From: Eutreptiella sp. 'Long Island Sound 2002'
Taxonomy: Eukaryota; Protista; Euglenida
Reading direction: 5' to 3'
Length of the DNA stretch: 64,000 nt
Assembly (NCBI GenBank): GCA_964036045.1
Contig: OZ038378.1
Span: 195,114,001 to 195,178,000 of the forward strand
The notes under the pieces were generated by a model. It had not been told where the DNA came from. It was given only the letters and a program-made list of their open reading frames with translations, and did no database searches. Below are positions 59,058 through 64,000 of the stretch, piece after piece. Position 1 is the stretch's first letter, and every line of letters starts with the position of its first letter. The position numbers were made by a program, and so were the translations under genes.

Positions 59058-60430
59058 ACGTCATACCCCATGTGAACAATGAGGAAGGGAAAGAGTGTCT
59101 GACACAGGGATATAGGGAACATGAAAAGTTGTTAATGACACACATGCACACATGCACATGACATGAATGCATGACATGAATGAGTGTAGATGGGTGTAGA
59201 TGGCGTGTCTGTGTGTCCATTTATGCCATGACCCACATCCCACATCTTCCCACTATGATGAACCATGCCGGCGGACACAGAATGCTAATCACCTCCCTTT
59301 ACCCGCACCAGTTTCCAACTTTGATACCCTCAAACATGCACAAACACACAAATGCTCTAAAAATACGTCACAAAGGGGACAAAGGGGAATGCAGAAATGT
59401 CAACAAACACCAATGAACGTCAATAAACAACGGTTATCCCCCAAAAGGGGGCATTTTTTGAAAAATAAACGCATAAATGCTTTATTTGCCATTTGGACAG
59501 TGGCCTGGCCAGTACTTAATTCATGCTTGGGTCCGACAACAATCCCCCCTGGGCAAGCATATGTTGGATTTGAAGTTGGGACTTCCCTGTATCAAGGGGG
59601 ACGAGGGGATAGTGTTCTAGGTACAAAAAAAAATTTTGGCATCTGACCCACTCACCCAGCGGGGCGGGGCCTGGCTGATGACCATCTGCGGTTTGTTAGC
59701 CACCCAGCAAACAAGGGGACATTGTATGTCCCAAGACTGCATGTGTCCTCAAACCCCGCAGTTGGGACCTTGTCAAATCCGGCCTCCAGGTTACACAATG
59801 CAAACACCCATCAGCTCTGGGACAAGGCCATGTCTCAGACAAGGGGGAAGTGGGTACCTCCAGCGTCAGACTGTCCTGAATCATCCGCAGGAACACTCCT
59901 TTAAAAGACGGGGCATATTTGTGCATGTACTTGGGCCAGTCTGCCTTCGGTTTCGTGTGCTGTGGACAGGGCCCGAGGGGAACAATGTTGCCAATGCCTG
60001 GGAACGCAGCCGCACAAAGGCCCTCAATGTGCTGCACGATGGCCTCAGAAAGCTAACAGGCGGCCCTGGGGATGGGGCATTCCTCCTGCGCTGACGATCC
60101 ACATACGATCCACATATGCTGGCAGGTCATTTACTTCCCTTCCCATGCACTGCTAGCATGGCCTCCTCTCCCCACCATGCCCCAAGGCATGGCCTCCTCT
60201 CCCCACCATGCCCGAAGGCATGACCGCCTCTTCGACCTGTCTAAAGAACCTGTGCACAGAATGAGAGAAAGAATGGGAATAAAGAATGTGTGATGCCTCC
60301 TGGAAAGATGAACGGGCTGTGCGGCGGGTGGGGGGTCAGCCCACACTGAACGTCAAGATAAAGTAGTGCATTCAGTAGGTACCCTCCCTATTCCAGGGTA
60401 AATCCCAAATAGCAACCTACCAACCTACCT

Positions 60431-60522
60431 ACAGCACAGTGCAGTAGAGCACAGTATAGTGGAGCACAGTACAGTACAATATAGTACAGTACAAGGCAGT
60501 GCAGTACAGCACAACACAGCAC
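60431..60522. repeat. 5-bp microsatellite (CAGTA/CAGCA)n
   Basis: Direct observation. Confidence 0.85.
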
Positions 60523-62749
60523 ACCGAAGCAGCGAATGGTGCGCGTGGAGCGCCGGAAATCCGGCCCAGTCAGTTGTTGGTGCAGACGGACGTTGGGGTG
60601 AGATATGCACAAAGCGCACAATGCCACCTTCAGGTGTCGCCAGCCTCTCAGCACCTCCGTGACGCGGGAAGAATTTGTTTGCTTGTTTTGGGGGGCGTGG
60701 GGCAGGGGTGTTCGCATATACTTTCCGGGACCCCCCCCCCAAAAAAAAACAGCGCCCCTGTGACCGAGGCCCTTACCGACCCACCGACAGGGCGTGTCGA
60801 GGGGGTTGGGGGGTGCACCCCAATACACATACATATGAGTCAAAATGATCCCCCACCTGTGGCCTTTTGGAGCGGGCTGAGTTCTATCATGCGTGTTCTG
60901 CACATGCGAATGTCACAATCGGATTTGCGGGGTCAAGGGGTCGCCTGGGGCAAAGCTCGCCTCAGGTCTGATGGCAGAGGAGACCGTGACATAGGACGGC
61001 GGCAGGAGCATGTTGCGGTGATTCCCCGGTAGCGTGTCAATGTGCACGTCGCACTCTTCCGCAGCGCCGGGCCAGAGGGCCGCGAATCCCACACCCCATT
61101 CATGTTCAGCGAAATACACGTCCAAGCGCCTAAGAGCCAAGAAGCGCGGCAGCATCAGCAGCGGCAGAAGCAGCAGCTTAGGGATGAAAATTGCAAAATG
61201 TACGAACCCCTCACACATTAGTACGAACCTCTCCCAACCTTCTACTGTGCTGTCAAGTAATTTTGGGACATTGCGCGCCACCTTATCCACACAGGGTGGA
61301 GGAGCGCCAACAGTAGGCAGGTGTTGAGCACTTGCTCGCAAGCAACAATGGTGCTTTTTTGCTGAGTGGTGCACTTCCCTGCATAATCAGTCATTTGGGG
61401 TGGCGGTCAGGCTGTTAAAAGCCTGTTCACATTGTTGCTTTTTTGATGTTGACCAAAGAACCTGCTTGCGGTGGAATGGCAAGGTGCATAAGAACGATGA
61501 AGCTTCAATTTCATTTGCAGGAGCAAGTGGGATGACCGATTCGTCAGTATGCTGGCTGTGCAACTTGAACTTTTGAGTCCAGTTCCTAGAAGGGGAGCAT
61601 TGGTTGCAACCCTGTCGCCATCACTCCGTCCCAGCAATGCAAATGAGTTACACAATATCCATGGTACCCACTCTACCACATGTGCTGCATACTAGCAATG
61701 ACTCTGCTTTGCCACCTTATCATCTTGATCTCAATGCATGACGGACCCACTGCATTGTCAAGATCCCCATTGCACCAACAATATCTAGACATCCACTAGT
61801 TGTGGCAACCCAGAACCGCCGCCCACTCCTCACTTCCCTTTGCAACCTTCTCCAAGTCCACTGCCAAATGTTGTTGTTCATTTGCTAGCTGCAAAATGCA
61901 CTGCTTTGAGCTATCCCCTAGTATTTGTCTCGCCCTCGTTTCGTGCAAACCAAATGTCAGGTTCCACCCATCATGTATGCTGTAACAACTCCATAGCCAC
62001 AACTTTTTTGGGTGGGTGGGGGGTGGGCTGGCCAGGGCTCACAACATACCCTGCCCCCCCCTTGAAATCTCCCCCCTAATGTCATGACGCCCCCCCCCGG
62101 GGGGGGGGGGGGTGCACCACACAATGGGAGCACTAGAACTGCAGCAGTTCCAGTATAACCTCAAGAAAAGTTTTAATCAGCGCCTTTGGCGTCCAGTATA
62201 TCCCATGCTTTAGGGGGGGAATTGATGGTTCTCTTCCAGGGGGGGGGGGATTGCAAGGGGGAGGGATTTCAGGGGGGGGGGGGGGTTACCACACTGCTTT
62301 GGCGTATGAGGACCAATGGAGACATAATCCTTGCCACATTCTGATAGTGCTTTTGATGACATTGTGGCCCTAACCCTAATGAATGTTGGGTTCATGGAAA
62401 CACACCTGTAGTGCCGATGTGGGCGGTATGCATATTTAGAGGCACAAAGACCTCGGGGGCGCACAGCCAGATTATGGTATAGCGCCGCACCCAGGCCTCT
62501 TATCAGGGGTAAGAGTCCCCATGCATTGTGCATGGGGCGAGAAACTGGGCAAGCAACCGACCCTGCGTGGGTGTAATAGCCCGTTTTGGCCATTGGGTAC
62601 GTGCTCCAAGTCCACCATGGACCCAACAACGACAGCCACCAAGAGCCATTCTGCTTTGCTTGCTGCTGGCATGCATGCCCCTCACTTGCAGCGCTCCAGC
62701 TGATGGACCCTGCATGGGTCAGAAAGCTTGTTGTGGAGATTGCTGCTTA

Positions 62750-62933
62750 CTGTATTGCAGATTGTGCTGCAGGTTGCTAAAAGTTGGCAGAGGTTGCTGG
62801 ATGTTGCTGGAGGTTGCCAGAGATTGTTGGAGGTTGTACTAGAGGTTGCTGAAGATTGCTAAAAAGTGTACTAGATGTTGGTAGAGGTTGCTGCAGATTG
62901 CTGGAGACTGCTGGAGGGTCCGCTAGAGGTTGA
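62750..62933. repeat. Degenerate ~11-bp minisatellite (AGAGGTTGCTG)n
   Basis: Visible periodic GTTGC/GATTGC units. Confidence 0.8.
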
Positions 62934-63135
62934 GGGAGGCTGATGTTAGAGGCTGTAATGCTGGTTTCCGGAGTTGGTGGAAAAAGGGGGTAGTTTCTGA
63001 AAATTAGCATGCTGTCGTTTTCCAGAAGAAACCGACCCCCCCCCCCCTGCCCTCACCAACTACAACGACATTGGTGAACTGACCGATAGACCAACGGCCT
63101 GACTACCACTGGGTGCTACTTGGAATCCCCCTTCC

Positions 63136-63566
63136 CTACTTGGCGAATGTTACTCTCCACTTGTAGCGTGGTGTATGGGGGGCAAATTCAATGATTGCCG
63201 CACAGCCGTCCAATGCTCCGAAATGACTGCCAGCCCATGCAGACTCTGAGGGCGTCTTCAACGCAGGAAAAAGCACGAAACAGGTCCCTTGAAGACCGTT
63301 CTGCCCCAGTGACGTGCTGGCAGTGTGGTGCAGAATGGTTGTCAGCTGCCATGGGTGTGTCCACACGGCCCACCGGCGTCACAAAGCACCACCCTGGGCG
63401 GCCATTCACGCCCACACACCGGACATTGCAGTGCACGAAGCAACGTTTCCGCATGTCAGCGCGCAAAGGGCCCATGACCGGGTCAACGAGGATGAGGTGC
63501 ACTGCAATTGATCTGGTCTCCGGGTCCTCAAACATCAGCCGCGCCAACAGTAGTGCAACAATTGCC
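63136..63566 (-). pseudogene. Possible alpha/beta-hydrolase exon(s), frameshifted
   Basis: tctttgtttccAG|G GCA ATT gives (G)AIVALLLARL...AVHLILVDPVMGP, resembling the helix after a GxSRG elbow and a DPV strand; WAGSHFG in another frame. Confidence 0.35.
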
Positions 63567-63652
63567 CTGGAAACAAAGATAGATGCCTGCAGACCTAGCG
63601 CCCAGCCCTCAGCCAGTCCTGCAGGATGAGCGATAGGACAGATGTGTGTGTA

Positions 63653-64000
63653 GGGGGCGGTTGTCCTGTACGGGGATTCTTCCGCAGGGGAAAATTTTGC
63701 ACGGGGAATATTCCGCACCTGCCCCAAAAAATCAAGGGGAAAATTCCGCACCTCCCAAATCTTGAGTGCATTGGAAAAGGATCCTGGGATTGCGATTCCC
63801 ACCACGCACACAATACAGCTAAGCAGCGAGCAATAATTCTGCAGACGTCTGAATTGTAAAAGAGTTGAACTTCACCATATGTGTTCGCTTGGTTCACTGT
63901 GGGTCTGTGAACAAACACAACAAATGCACAGATGGGGTGAATTGGGGAAATCGGGCCCTGATTCGGGGCGGGGAATATTCCGCACCAAAAATGGAAAAAT
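63653..64000 (+). mobile_element. Left end of another pogo-family element (continues past the window)
   Basis: TA|GGGGGCGGTTGTCCTGTACGGGGATTCTTCCGCAGGGGAAAATTTTGCACGGGG resembles 31581-31650; repeated AATATTCCGCAC motifs. Confidence 0.55.

Noticed and set aside
60913-62629. hAT catalytic domain upstream of the zinc-finger ORF
   Set aside because: Translating the frames gave no convincing DE/DG, CxxH or dimerisation motifs, and the order would be reversed; left as unassigned decayed sequence.

Overview
Repeat-rich eukaryotic genomic DNA with long G/C homopolymers and GT-AG introns. The style suggests a protist, possibly a euglenid, but this is inference only; I see no prokaryotic, CRISPR, rRNA or intact tRNA features. 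Host-like coding content is sparse and all on the minus strand: the 5' exon of a signal-peptide Gly-rich protein (208..<1); a highly divergent eIF4E-family ORF with an uninterrupted eIF4E domain (17124-18329); three exons that splice in frame into an LRR-containing protein (31375-27792); and isolated exon candidates (46163-46373, 52458-53176, 63136-63566). The rest is a stack of decayed mobile elements: a Penelope-like RT with an FRDN motif C and no visible endonuclease (~35000-37400), a TA-flanked pogo-like element (31581-34315) plus two related ends, PIF/Harbinger-type transposase fragments ending in an acidic tract and a Cys-rich finger, a Ty3/gypsy remnant, LINE remnants (APE, RT, RNase H), a Cys-rich + TTF-type zinc-finger ORF of hAT type, a 1.2 kb TA-target non-autonomous element with both empty and filled sites visible in a local duplication, and tRNA-like A/B-box repeats. 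All family calls come from motif recognition by eye and need HMM confirmation. The best candidates for novelty are the endonuclease-less Penelope-like RT and the atypical eIF4E.
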